Assembly: GCA_000320545.1 (NCBI GenBank)
Contig: ADNK01002757.1
Span: 1 to 64,000 of the forward strand
Source of the DNA: Bigelowiella natans CCMP2755
Lineage: Eukaryota; Protista; Cercozoa
DNA: 64,000 bases
Reading direction: 5' to 3'
Notes under the pieces: generated by a model
The model's input: only the letters and a program-made list of their open reading frames with translations
The model's database searches: none
What the model was told of the DNA's origin: nothing
Position numbers and translations under genes: made by a program
Shown: positions 41,440 through 54,841 of the stretch, piece by piece
Numbering within the stretch: position 1 is the first letter of the stretch
How the letters are laid out: every line of letters begins with the position of its first letter

Positions 41440-44400
41440 CATGGCTTTAGACTGCTGTTTACTTTGTCGCACCACAGAAATTGAGCTCATTTTCCAGGGT
41501 AGGTCAGGTGGTTGTTCAATGTGAAGCACTAACTCGTAAATACCACAGTGCTCGCATTTTTTAAAATGGAAGCGAACACACAACTCGAACGAACACAAAG
41601 AGTTGTGTTCGTTGTGTTTTTGTCCCCCATACCTGACCTCTATGCAGCTACGCACAACGTTGGAGTTACAGAGCTTATGCGTGCGCTCTAAGACAGCCAC
41701 ATGCGAAAAGAATACTTGTATCATCGATGTAAGTTGTTTGTCGATGTTCGTCACAATGGACAACGCTTGCCACCGAATTCGTGACAGACAATTAGTACAA
41801 TTAGAGCCAGAAGGCTTGCGATGATAGAGCATTAATGATATCATATGAAAAATTAACGTTCTACTGAAACTACCACTATCATCACCGCCACCACAGGATG
41901 TGGGATTTTCCTTAGAGGGAGGTGTTCTGCACGGATTGCTTGGTCCTTCCGGAGCAGGAAGTCAACTCTTATGAAGTTTATCGCTGGTCGAAGAAATATT
42001 CAAACCATTGTACGTAGCTCTTAACAAAATGATTCACCTAGCTAAGAGCTGAGAGTAAATATGAAGGAAAAAATGAAAGCATGATTTACCTGTGAAAGGC
42101 AAATGGCGCGGTATCTATTGACGGGGAGAGAAAGTCTCCACAGTGGCGTTCAAAGCACATTTCCTTTATGGTAGTGTTATTGTCTTTTACTCATCAGTAG
42201 ACAAATAAGGAAAGGGCAACTGATATTCTTTTTCCGACATTCGATACAAACATATTCATATACACATGTATAATTTAAATACGTAGGAACAGGATTCGGC
42301 TCTACAACCCACTGCCACTGTCCGTGAATCATTGACTTTTGCAGCACTTTTCAAATCTAAATCCTCTACGACTAAATCTGAAATCAAAGAAAAAGTGAAT
42401 TTGGTAATGACAACTTCAAAAGCATATTGATAATACAGATGATTAAACCAATTTAGGTCTAAGTAAAACTTACAACCATACCATCTACTAGTTTCAGTCA
42501 TAATTCCTATATGATATCTGCCTGAATTTCCGTCTGTACTAATTTGTGATAGTTACACAGAGTAAGTGCGTAAATATATATGCATTAACGTTGATTTTAC
42601 TGCATATGATGTGTACGGTCCCAAGGTAATGCAGTCATTAAAGCTTAGCGACAAGGCCAGTTGTATCATTGGGGGCGAAGGTAATAAGAGATGAAGCAGA
42701 AAAAGGAATACAGAAGAAGAAAAAAAAATCTGTAAGGGTGCTTATATGCGGTTCCTGTTTTGTGATGAATTTATCCCTATACTTATTCACCCTATCTCCT
42801 AAGGTGTTGATCGTTTTTGCCGGATCGAAGGACTCTCCGGGGGGGAAAGACAACGCGTAGCATTTGCTGAACATCTTTTAGATGATCTGTCCGATATCTT
42901 TATATTGGTAACTTAAATACTCTTTCAATCAGACTGTTGGTGTTTATTTAGCCAGCTTATCCTTAACCATTATGCATAAAACGTGTGATAATAATCTATA
43001 ACAATAATAATAATAAAGGATGAGCCGACATCTAGTTTGGATTCCAATGCAGCGCAGTTGGTTGTCACTTTGGCAAAGCAGCTCTGCCATTCGGTACTGG
43101 ATAGATAGACAGATAGATGGACAGTCGTAGATGGTAGTATTAGTACAAAATAACGAGCAACAGCAACGACAAAGTCATGGTGCTTATAGAACCTCCTCTA
43201 ACCTATCAAACTAATGCATCATGTTAGCATGGTGGTTGCCTAAACTAAATATGGATAAAGAGAATTAAGATAATATATAGCATTTACAGCTAATGTATTC
43301 AGGGCAAAATTGTGCTGCTATCGATCCATCAGCCTAGTTATAGGCTCTTTGGAGAGATCGACAACATTATTTTGTTGTCACATGGGAAGATTGTACATAC
43401 AGGTGGACATCATGTCACTGAAGGTGATATATGATACAAATGAAGAGTATGATGATGATAACGATGATGATGATGGTGATGATGGTGGTGGTGATGGTGG
43501 TGGTAGCGGTGGTAGTGGTGATAGTGGTGATAGTGGTGATAGTGGTTAAGAGAAGTGGGGTGTGATGTGATGAGACAAAGGAGAAAGATTATGCAGCTGC
43601 ATGTGGAAGGAACTCTCTCTCTCTCTCTCCATCTATCTCTGTCTCGCTATAGGAAATCTGTTGAGAACTAATTAATGCTTTTGGGGCATCTTAACACTTT
43701 CTTAATAAAATATCGATGATGATAGAGTTCTTTAGAGGCTTTGGATATGGAATACCACCTAATATGTGCCCGGCTGAACGATACCTTGAGGTATACAACA
43801 TTTCGTGATATTCATGATAATAGTTATGATAATAATCATGTTGATGATAAACTCGACAATATGTCAGCTGATTCAAGATATATCAGTAACAAAAAACCTA
43901 GCAGCTTGTGCAGCTAGAAACAGAGTGAAGGGCAATAGAGCTCTATCATCAACAATTGGTGATACATGTAACAATGACCAAACTGACCAAGAACTTAGAA
44001 GAGGAGAATCAATGAAAGAAAAGAAACAGAGAAGAAACATTACGCATATAGAAAAGATGAAAGCCTCTCCTTCATATTATTCTTCTTCCGCTCAAAAACC
44101 ACTCACAGGGGTGTTTGTAATTGATTATAACGAATATGATAACGGTGATCTCTGCTCTCACGGCTCTGATGAGGGAGACGAAGGCAAAGATTATGATAGT
44201 TATGATGATGATGATGATGTATCTAATCACGATGTAGATGATGATTTTAGAAGGGGGAGAACATATTCATGTAGGTATAGTCGTTACCCTCCTATTATAA
44301 AAATGGAGGAAGAAAGCAAGATAGATTGCAGTGGCAATAGAAGTACAAGGAAAATTAATAGGACAGATCGCAGAATATATAATGAAAGCAACGCCTATCA

Positions 44401-44791
44401 CTACTGCAATGAGTGTAAGCGCCAAACGATAATAAGACAGAACATAGTCATAACTGAAGCTGCCGACGGTGATAGCTACGATGATTATGAATCTATTGAG
44501 AACCAAGGAAAAGCAGGAAGACGACAAAGACGACAATGCTGTCATTATTTTCCAGCATTTTCTGAAAGGAAGATTAAGGAGAGGGACATGTTGGGGTTAA
44601 GCCTCTCTTCCCAATTTCGTTACTTAATGCAGAGGAAGTTGAAAGATTATTTAAGAAATCGCCTCTGCTTACAAGCGCAGGTTCAGAGCTATTGGATTGT
44701 ATTTGTGCGTGTGTGTGTGAACGTGTAAGTATCTTGTTTTGTGTGAGTTTTAAAAGAATGTGTAAAGTAGTGTGTATAGAAATGTCTAATA

Positions 44792-44836
<45 letters not shown>

Positions 44837-44918
44837 CCCCCAGGTGTTGAATTATGTAGGGGCAAGCATCATCATTGGCAGCTTCTACCACACTTTGTAA
44901 CAATCCACTTAGATGCTG

Positions 44919-44953
<35 letters not shown>

Positions 44954-46928
44954 GTTAATGGTATTGGCGATGATGATGATGATGATTTTGTCTTGTTGTT
45001 GATAACAATGATAATACTGATGAAAACTACGATGTCTGATTGACGCTAGAATGTCCAACTTATTTTCTTCTAAATATGTTCCATTGATGATTTTAGAAGG
45101 ACAAAGTTGGACGTTGTTATTAACCCCAAGGTATGATCATGCAGGATTTGTAGGAGGCAGTCAGCAGCAGCAGTAGTCGTAGTAGTATTATTAGTAGTAG
45201 GAGTAGTTTATAGATTATTTGCCATGCTGATTCCATTACTCCATTTCAAGGAGCATCTTGGTGCTGTTGAGGTTGCTTTGATCATAACTGCTTTTGCCCC
45301 TGGCTTTAACAGTATTGCGAAGTAATAGATCATCTCCGAAAATAGAATGATGCAGAATGGCACCATCCATCCTATATTGTGATCTATTCTGTTTTTGTAA
45401 ATATATTATTTATCGTAATAAGATTGTAGCAAGGAAATTGACAATCCAACAACTATGAAAATAGCAGTACTGAGTGAGGAATATAGATTATCCTTGAATA
45501 CATGAAGAAGAAGGGGGAAAAGAAATATATCATATCAGAAACGAGAAGAAAAAAATAGAAAGACATCTTTGTGCTACTGCTGTGTATGTGGTTTGTAGAT
45601 TTGAGGCCGAGAGACGATCGGTATTGTTGCATTTCTAAGTATGTTCTTACTTATATAATATTGGGTGTGGTAGCAGTAGTAGTAGTAGTAGTAGTAATAG
45701 TAGTAGCAGTAGTGGTAGTAGTGTTTGCCTAGTCGTTTGGTGTACATAATGAATTTTGTTGTGTCATCTTATCTATATGTTTTACATTTTGTATTTCACT
45801 TTTGAGAATTGAGCGACAATAATTATTTTAGTATTCCTCGTCTGGATGATGATGATAATGATGATGATGATGATTATGATCTTCAAATTGGGTGCGATAT
45901 TCAGCTGCGCCGAGAGACCCGAATGCAGCTCTACTCGCTAACGGCCTACTTCGTGAGTAATGACCTGGCTGTTGTTACGACGATAGGATATAGTTATGAT
46001 GAATGACTATAACCATGATGATGATGATGCTGTTATCCATACTTCACCATTGTTGGTATCTATCGTCTTCTTTGTGCAGGTATCCATGAGCATCGTTTGG
46101 ATGACAATTGAGCTCATAATGGGGGTAGCTTTTGCATCATCCTACCATATCATTTCTGGTCTTCGTCAAGGTGGTGCTGAATATATGATATTCTAGTAAG
46201 ATTGATACATCAGATTCTTACAAGCAATATTAGACACTGTCCTCCTACCATGTGTGTGTGCGCGTGTGTGTGTGTGTGTGTGTGTGCTGATTGTATATTC
46301 TTGGCTGTTGATGTTGGTTTTTATGATATTCTTCTTCTTCTCCTTCTTTTTCTTCTTCTTCTTATTCATTCTCCTGCTAGGAACGATGTTTGAATTCATC
46401 GTAATATTGGTTGTCTTCATGTTGGTAAAAAGAACAACACATTATCACACAAACAAGCATAATATAAGAAGGGATAGCAAGTATATCCTTCATTGTTCTC
46501 CAACAGTCATAGTACCAGTAGTTGTACTGCATTTCCTCCATGGGTCAATTTGTTGAGCAAGAAGATTTTATGACCTGCACTACGTCTCATTTTTTTAAAA
46601 TGCTATATGTGTGTAGCAATATTGATACTAGATGTCTGTCATCATCATCACCACCATCATCATCATCATCATCATCATCCTCAAACATACGTTTATCGTG
46701 GGTGGTGGTGGTAGTAGTCCAGAAGGATGATAGATGTTGTCATTCATTTTAGACCGTGGTTATCAGTGTTGTTAATCATGATATCTTCTAGGTAAATGAG
46801 AGTATTGGACTTCTGTGCGCTGTGGTTACTCCTTCTGCGTTGTTGGCGATTATGCTCCATACGGTACTAGTGTTGTAGTTCGGGTGCATATACCATTTTG
46901 TGTTCTATTGAATAGTAGTGGTGACTAG

Positions 46929-46960
<32 letters not shown>

Positions 46961-48564
46961 ACACATAGTAACCTGAAAAAATATTATAAGAGGAAGCTGC
47001 TGCTGTTTCAAAGATTGGTCGTCATGGAAGTGAGATTAAAAGATTAATGAAAGTGTATCAACTATGTATCTACATAATGAGCAATTTGTGTGTAGAGTAT
47101 GCAACATTTGGTGAGTAAGTAGTGTTTTCATCGTTGCTGCTACTACACATTAGCCCCCAACAGTTCTTATGATGCTCCTTGGAGGAAACAACATAGCAGG
47201 TACTAGTAGTAGAAGCAGTAGTAGTAGTAGTAGTAGTAGTAGTAGCACTGTCTGTGTTGATTGCTATTATCATACATCAATATAATTGCAAAGGGTTTTA
47301 TGCTAATTGCTATTATAATACATCAATGTAAATGCAAAGGGTCTTTACGTTAATTCTTATTCTTTACCTTCTCCTCCTCTTCCTCCTCCTTCTACTACTG
47401 TTACTACTGCTACTACTACTACATGATACTAGGCAATGGATCTATTTTACGATATGTGAATTATATCAACCCGTACGCGTACGGCATGAAGTATCTTGCC
47501 ACTGCAGAGATGAACGGTCTTGTCTTCAAGGTGATTATTTGAGAAATGATAGTACCCCAAACAACTTACATTAGATGTAGCATGCGGGTAATATCATCGA
47601 TGCATGTGTGATATTATTTGTACCTTCCTTTTATATTTTGTCAATATCGTATTTATCAAAATTCTTTAGCAGTTTAGCAGCATCTGTTTGATTGAAAGTG
47701 TTTATTGATGATATAAGCTGACAAATGGTAGGGTCGGCATCACACAAGTGGACGTTTATGGGTGAAAACTGGTGAGGAATTTCTCGGAGAGCATTTGAAA
47801 TCTGAGCAGTCCTTCATGGCAGCTGTCTTCAGTCTAATCGGGTTGGTTATAAACAGGAAAACGTGTAGATTCTCTACACAATAAATAGTGGTGATAATGA
47901 TGATGATGATAATGATGATAATGATGATTGGGGTTGTATGGCACTCATCGTCATCATTATCATCAACAACAACTATCAACGCTATCTCCACATCAACTTG
48001 GAGAGACTCTATGCGATGTAAAGATCCTAGTTTTTACCATTATGATCATATCCATCATCATCAGCATCATGATCGTGATCATCGTTATTATTGGTATTGT
48101 TGTTGATGATGATGATGATGATGATGTTGTCGTTGTTCTCGTTGTTGTTGTTCTCATCGGTATGAAGGTTTCTCCTTGCCATACGTGGGATGGCATATGT
48201 GCTCTTCGTCGTTATTCATGACGGCAGTCGAGGCAATAATGTTCTAGGAAACATCACTTCAACATGTTCATTTGCCAACACCACTTCTACCTCTCTTGTT
48301 CTTCTCATTTTCTCATTTTCTCCGTTCGTCCAACGTGTTTTTATTCACATTGATGATTGAGCTTTCCTCCCACTATTCCTTAAAATTCTTGCGGTCACAT
48401 ATATCATTATTGCTCTTTATATGATGGCCTTTGTTAGGTGTTAAGGATGACGTCACAAACACGGCTACATCCTCGGCAGTTTCTGCATCTTGTTATCACT
48501 CTTTGGTTTCTCCCTGCTACTACAGCTGCTTCTCATGCTCACACCGTCGCTATTTTCAGGCTGA
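41440..48564 (+). CDS. ABCG (white-family) half transporter; apparent 1-nt frameshift in Walker A
   Basis: GLLGPSGAG[K]STLMK, EQDSALQPTATVRESLTFAA, LSGGERQRV, ILDEPTSSLD, SIHQP and CPAERYLE are followed by ABC2-type TM exons ending at TGA 48564. The first exon is uncertain. Confidence 0.88.
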
Positions 48565-48823
48565 TAATGAGGTGACGATCGGTTCTACCAATTCTACTAT
48601 AACTTAGATACATTTCAATCTGTCGCTCAACTTGATAGCAGGGGCATGCCAAAAGCAGTGATAATGCTATCAGAACACATTCCGTCGTCATCATTCACTG
48701 CAATCAAACCGTACAAATGAACATGCATGTTTCGAGAATCACTTGGTGCATCGCGTATCTCTTGCTCATCATGACACTTATACACACACACACACACACA
48801 TGTACATGTGTGTGCACATGCAC

Positions 48824-48877
<54 letters not shown>

Positions 48878-49311
48878 ATATATTGAGATATATATAGATA
48901 TATACATATGTACATGCATGTACATGCGTGCATCATACACATGTGCATGGATAGTGTACACGTATGAACACAAATGTGTGTGCGTAGTGTCATGATGAGC
49001 AAGAGACAATGATCATGAGAGCTGCCACATGCATCTGCAACTCTGCTGTTTGCTGTTTGCTATTTGCTGCTGGACTAAATTTGTTTGTCTGTGGTTGCAC
49101 GATGCATCAACAAGGCATACTGTGGCACACAAGACTTGTCACATGTCGACGTTGCGCACGCACGTTGCATTGAACCCATGCCTATGGTCATCATGTGACA
49201 GTTTTAATTATGCGCGCGACACAAGTCGTTTGCCCAACCGCCGACGCTAGCACGTGTGCGTGCACATACCGACATCTAAAACATGAGTTGCAGTGCGTAT
49301 ACACATCTAAA

Positions 49312-49490
49312 ATAATAGACACAGCAATACACTATGTATATTATACATATTGTGTATTGCATGTCTATCATAAGGTGCATGTGAGGAAACTGAGAACCTT
49401 TGCTTCGACTCAAATTTTCGAGCCATACTTATAATAGACACAGCAATACACTATATATATTATATATATTGTGTATTGCATGTCTATCAT
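49312..49490. repeat. Duplicated 60-bp quasi-palindrome (49312-49371, 49431-49490)
   Basis: The copies match at 58/60 positions and each folds into a long hairpin. Confidence 0.92.
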
Positions 49491-50047
49491 TAAACATAGC
49501 TGATGCAAGCTATGCATGCCGGATCGGATGCTCAAAACATGGCACGCTGCCTCACTGTGTTAGCTTGCTTGCTTCAGTCTATTTGCCTGCGATGACATGC
49601 GCGCATATGCACATGCATGTGGCAGCACAGATATCATGCATCACTTTGTTGATTGATGCATAGTGGAGCTAAAATCACACGAGTAGCACGCGCACTTGTT
49701 TCGACTAGTTTGATGCTCCCATGCATGCATGCAGATCTGTCTCTTCGTCAAGGTACGGTCGGCTTACTTACACACAGTACATAGCTAGTTACGTACTCTC
49801 TAGCTCTGCGTTCACATGGTATATGTCGGCCTACCGCCTGGCATCGCATGTGAACTTATATTATTTTCTTGCGTCGATCCCGCGCAGTTTTACTTGGCAC
49901 CGAACACGTCGCCACTCAATTCAAGGAACGGCATCATTTCGGTGCATTATATTGAATAAGAAACACACTCGAGCTAGAAAGCATTCGAAAAAAGTACACA
50001 CATGATATATTTTCCCATTATTTTGTTGCAGGCTGCTCTGAAGTACG

Positions 50048-50825
50048 TCATTTTTTTTTGCAGCCATTAACAGCATCCATATTCACTTTCGTTTTCAAAA
50101 TGCCACCATAATGTCCCAAAATGTCTTTCATGCTTACTTTGGCTTCATTCTGGTCGTCTACTTTTGCAAAGAACACTCCCAATATTCCATCAAACTCTTT
50201 GGCTAGTGATTTTGCATCCTCCACTGAGACTCTACCCCCATCATTCGTATTATCCCCATCTTTAGTGTCTCCGTTACTATTGGGGCCAATCCCAAGTATT
50301 ACTTTATACGTACCTGCAGCATGCTGTAGAAGTACAATGTATTATTTGAAGAGAAATGTTATGAAAAGATATCGAAGATTCAGAACAGATAGGAAACATA
50401 AGAAATCTAGTGTAAATATAATCCAAACAAAGGAAAAAACATACATTGTTGATCTCCTTGTTCCACTTGGTCCGAATATTGTTAAGGGAGGACTTCGACT
50501 CAGAAGAGTACATGAGAACGAAGAGGTCTGTCTGTGGATATGCCAAGGGTCTAAGCCTGTCGCCTTCTGGAGCACCATCTGTGATGCAAAGCCTACAATT
50601 TGCCCCACAAATTTTCTTATACGGTACTTCTGTTACTAACGCAACTTTTGCTGTTTCTTGTTCCTCTGGAGGGATGCCCATTACATTTAGAATATAAGTT
50701 TTCTTATCGACACAAGTATCTCCAACAAAGACAATCCTGATATTCTTCCCTTCTATTGCAGTGAAGTCAACAGTTGGCTCAGTGGTTGGCCTGCGTTTCT
50801 TGGTGAAGGTAGGAGGTTGCCCCAT
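50048..50825 (-). CDS. Divergent Rho/Rac-like small GTPase (possible pseudo-GTPase); 2 exons
   Basis: IRIVFVGD and DRLRPLAYPQTDLFVLMYS..SLNNIRTKWNKEI are Rho-family signatures. G1, G3 and G4 boxes are degenerate. Confidence 0.8.
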
Positions 50826-51534
50826 TAAGTGAAGATGGTGGAGCTTTCAGCGGGAAAGTGGTGCAATCTGGTGTGCAATGAATCAACTATGCTTGGTATC
50901 TCAGGGAGTGGATCTAGAATAGGAGATAATAATAAATATCCTGAATGATGTCTACGAGCATACTACGCTCGTAGTTTTGCTAAAACTCTCTTGTTGTCGC
51001 ATCATCAACTAATCCTGTAGATCTGCATGTACGACAATGATATTGTGAACAATTAAAACATCAATTTTGCTGTTCACTGCTATGAACTTCTATTTAACTT
51101 TGATGGGTTTGACCATACAAAATGAAATGCACAAGAGCTTCCTCTTTACCAATGCTTCCGAAATAAAAATTAGTCATGTTATTTGCCTCCTTCTGTTGAA
51201 GAAAAAAGACGATTTCTCTATCTTTATAAGGAAAATTGCCATTGTGCTCTTAAGGCCACTATCTAAAAAAATTTACATGCAATATCAAGCTCTTGAATAT
51301 TAATATCATTGTCGCAGATAGTCAAACGTGCACATTGGTTGGGCATGGGTTGCTACAAGAGAAAAACCTGAGAGAAAAGAAAGTCAATTTAATCTAAAAA
51401 CTGTGTCTTTAAAGTATATATCCTGAAAAATGCCCTGCAATGCAATGACAATTAAGCAAGCAGTTCTGTTATCAGGGGTCTGCACTTATACAACCGAAGA
51501 AGCGGACACATCCCAACAGCTTCAAGAACCCAAC

Positions 51535-52536
51535 ATGGTGCTTATTCTACTACTAGTGAAGGGCGAAGATGACACATGAGGGGAGAGTGCTTGTACACTT
51601 CGAAAAAAAATTTTGAGAGACGAAGTTTGTATGAACATCTATCTCTTCTTATTCCGATGCGATTGTTTTCTCGCAATTAGTTGTACTCTGTGGTCGCCCT
51701 CCTTGGTCTCGTTACTGTTCATGCCGTGCCTACTGCACCTAAGGCTTCTGTGCGAAGGACGCCAATATCGCGTGGTCTATCAAGGGTAATAAGCTGGAGA
51801 TGGGTGTGATGCGACTCTTGTCACTCCTTGCTCTATTTCACACGGCACTCTAATTTTTTAGGCAATGAAGCCTACCTCTAATGCCGCTCGCAGTGTAGCT
51901 CCTAAAGCTATGGATGGAATGGCCGGTAAAGTATACGACAACGTTCTCTTCAAGCAGGAAGCTGGATGGGATCCATTAAATCTTGCAGAGGGAAAGCCTA
52001 AAGAAGTTATTAACAAGTAAAGTCTCATAATATAAATGATATCGATCAGTGATGAAGAATGGCTTCTTTGAGTCGCATACAAAATATGATTTCAATAATA
52101 ATACTGAAGGTACCGTGATGCTGAGCTGATCCACGGACGAATGGCTATGGCAGCAGTTGCTGGCATCCTCATGGCTGAGAAATTCCATCCCGTATTCCCT
52201 GAGATTAGTGGCACTGCTCATGAACAGCTCGCTGCTGTATTTGAGAAGGTTCCTGCATTCAGATGGTTTGCTCTTATGCACATCTGGATTAACGAAGGTC
52301 TCCGTCTCTACAAGTTCGACATAGAGAAACGTGGAGGAGCATTGAAATCGGGAGAGGTTCCTGGCGACTATGGATACGATCCCCTCAACTTGATGCCTAA
52401 GAAACCTGATGCTGCCCTCGTCCGTCAAAATCAAGAAATTAACAACGGTCGTCTTGCGATGGTTGCTTCACTTGGTATGATTGCTGATGAGCAAATCACT
52501 GGACAGCCTATTGCTGACAAACTCATCCCTCTTTAA
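51535..52536 (+). CDS. Light-harvesting chlorophyll-binding protein, LHCSR/LHCX (LI818)-like, with bipartite targeting
   Basis: WDPLNLA, RDAELIHGRMAMAA, EKFHPVFPEISGTA, PGDYGYDPLNL and QEINNGRLAM are present. An ATG-only first coding exon precedes LYSVVALLGLVTVHA and a transit-like peptide. Confidence 0.93.
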
Positions 52537-52729
52537 ATTTTGTGCTGCAATGGTTTGAGGGGGAGGTTAGCAATGAAAGTCTGATTGTGAACGACAAACT
52601 GTTGTCGTACTCCATGCCCAAGTTGCCGGGGTGTGGCTTGTACATTTATCATATAATAAATAAAGTTGATGAGTGCAAAATACCATTGATATATTTTGCA
52701 CGTATGTTCCGCTAATTATACTTTATTGC

Positions 52730-53990
52730 GATGTGCGCGCTGCGTGACTAAGTTAAACGAAACCCATATGCAGTCTGCTATCAATGGCCGTTTCTTGCAT
52801 GCCTAGTGCGTGAGTGAAACATCGCATTTTTGTGCACCATCACGACAAGATCGTCGAGATGCATATGCACTGCTAGCTAGATCGAGAAGATGTGCTTGGT
52901 CATCAAAACTCACTAGTTCAATGCGCTGTAGCAAAGATGTCCATCGCTAGTGTGACCCGCTATGTTCATGCACGCGTGCACGTGTCCGTATAGTGTGTAG
53001 CACGCTACACATCTAGACATTTAGTAAGCGCGCAGACATGCATGCGCATGCTGGTCTGCTAGCTAGCGTGGTAGTAGCTGCTGCATGACTTGTTTTTGTC
53101 ACGCATGCGCCCGCGGCTAGTAACCGCCCAACAAGCCAAATACGAAAATGGACACAACCTGAAAACTCTGCGTGGAATGAGGTGCCGGCTAGCTAGCTGG
53201 TGTGCCACCACCACACGCACGTACACCGCGCATCGCGATAGCTATCGATCGATGGAGCGCACATGCTTGAAAGATGTGCTCATGGCATTTGTTAGACGTC
53301 CATGCATGTCTAGCTAGCTAGATGCGATGTGCACGTACGTACCTATAGCTAGCTAGGTACAGACACGATGCATGCTCTGCACGCGATCGATGCTAGCTAC
53401 GTGCATGCGTGCGTGCGCTAGGCTAGTAGGCTAGGCCGGATGCCACATCTCCATAGTAAATCCATAGATCTCATGATGACAACATGCATGTGTGACGTTG
53501 TGCACCAGTGCACATGCAACGTACATGCGCATTGCACACTCGTTTGATAAACTTATTTTTCTAGTTTTAGCACACATTGCTGCGATGCATGCCATGCATG
53601 TGCATGTGTACTTATGGCTAGATAGTGATGAAATGACATCTAGACGCGTGCTAGCATGCTAGCTATAGCTAACTAGCATGTCCACGCCTACTACGACACA
53701 GTCATGCACATCATTGTACAATAGATTGTAGCAGGGGCTAGCTAGCGTAACTTGTTAGTCTGTGATTTGTTGTCTTGATCCATTTCTAGCATTTGTTGTT
53801 GTGTTTTTGCGCACACACGCCGCTGCGAGATTCGCCTAAACTTATTTGGTGTCATTCAGACCGCTTTGTGGCGTTGCAAATGAGCTTTGCGTCTGCAGCT
53901 GCTCGAAAACAGCCTCGCGTCATGGTGATGGTTGCAGGTTCATTATTTGCCGACGGGACAAATGCACTGTGTACGACGGTGCTAACATAT
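52730..53990. repeat. CTAG/CATG/GTAC palindrome-rich tail-to-tail intergenic spacer
   Basis: Dense gctagctagc, catgcatg, gtacgtac and gatcgatc between the LHC and AI-2E 3' ends. Confidence 0.85.
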
Positions 53991-54281
53991 AGCTACAAAC
54001 TAGTCCGACGATCGACTCTAATGGACTGAGTTGTAGCACCTTATTCATCCGCTACTAAAATAGTAGTAGTAGTAGTAGTAGAAGTAGCAGTACTGCGTGC
54101 TAATAATATATTTTTACATTGTACATCTAGTAGCTACATGGTATTAGTGAATAGTAGCAGACACCATATATGCCCTACTACTACTACAACACTACTACTA
54201 CACTACTACTATTACTATTACTACTACTGGACTTAATCGCTACTGCTGCAGTCTCGTAGCTAGTAATGGTCTGTGTGCCTA

Positions 54282-54809
54282 CTACATTGCAATAGCAGCT
54301 GCCATCTTAGTATTACTATCATCGTCATCATCATTACCCTTTTTTCTGGTCATCTCTTGTTTCTCTCCCCCCTCCTCTTCCCTTTTCTCATTTGAGGCAA
54401 GAGTTTGATTTTCTTCTCCTACAAGCAAGTTGAGTGCCAGCACAGTAACAGGAATCACAAGAAAAAGACCTTGCACCTAATAGATGTAGTACGTCGTTAT
54501 AATATTAGTTTACACTACGTTTTCATAGATTTGTGCTTGTGCTTTACTGCATGAAATAGTAGTAGTAGTAGTAGTAGTAATAGTAGTAGCCGTAGCAGTA
54601 AGTATTTATTAGTAGTAGCAGTACCCCCACAAAATGCTCCGAGAGGTAAAGCGCAACTAGAACGGCCAACTGAATTATATAAATAAACACACACACGCAC
54701 ACACACGCACACACACAAATTGTCATATTAGATTAGGAAACACAACTGCCATTTATTGCGATGGATGATCATTATGTAAAGAAACAAGGAAACATACATC
54801 ATAATAATA

Positions 54810-54841
<32 letters not shown>

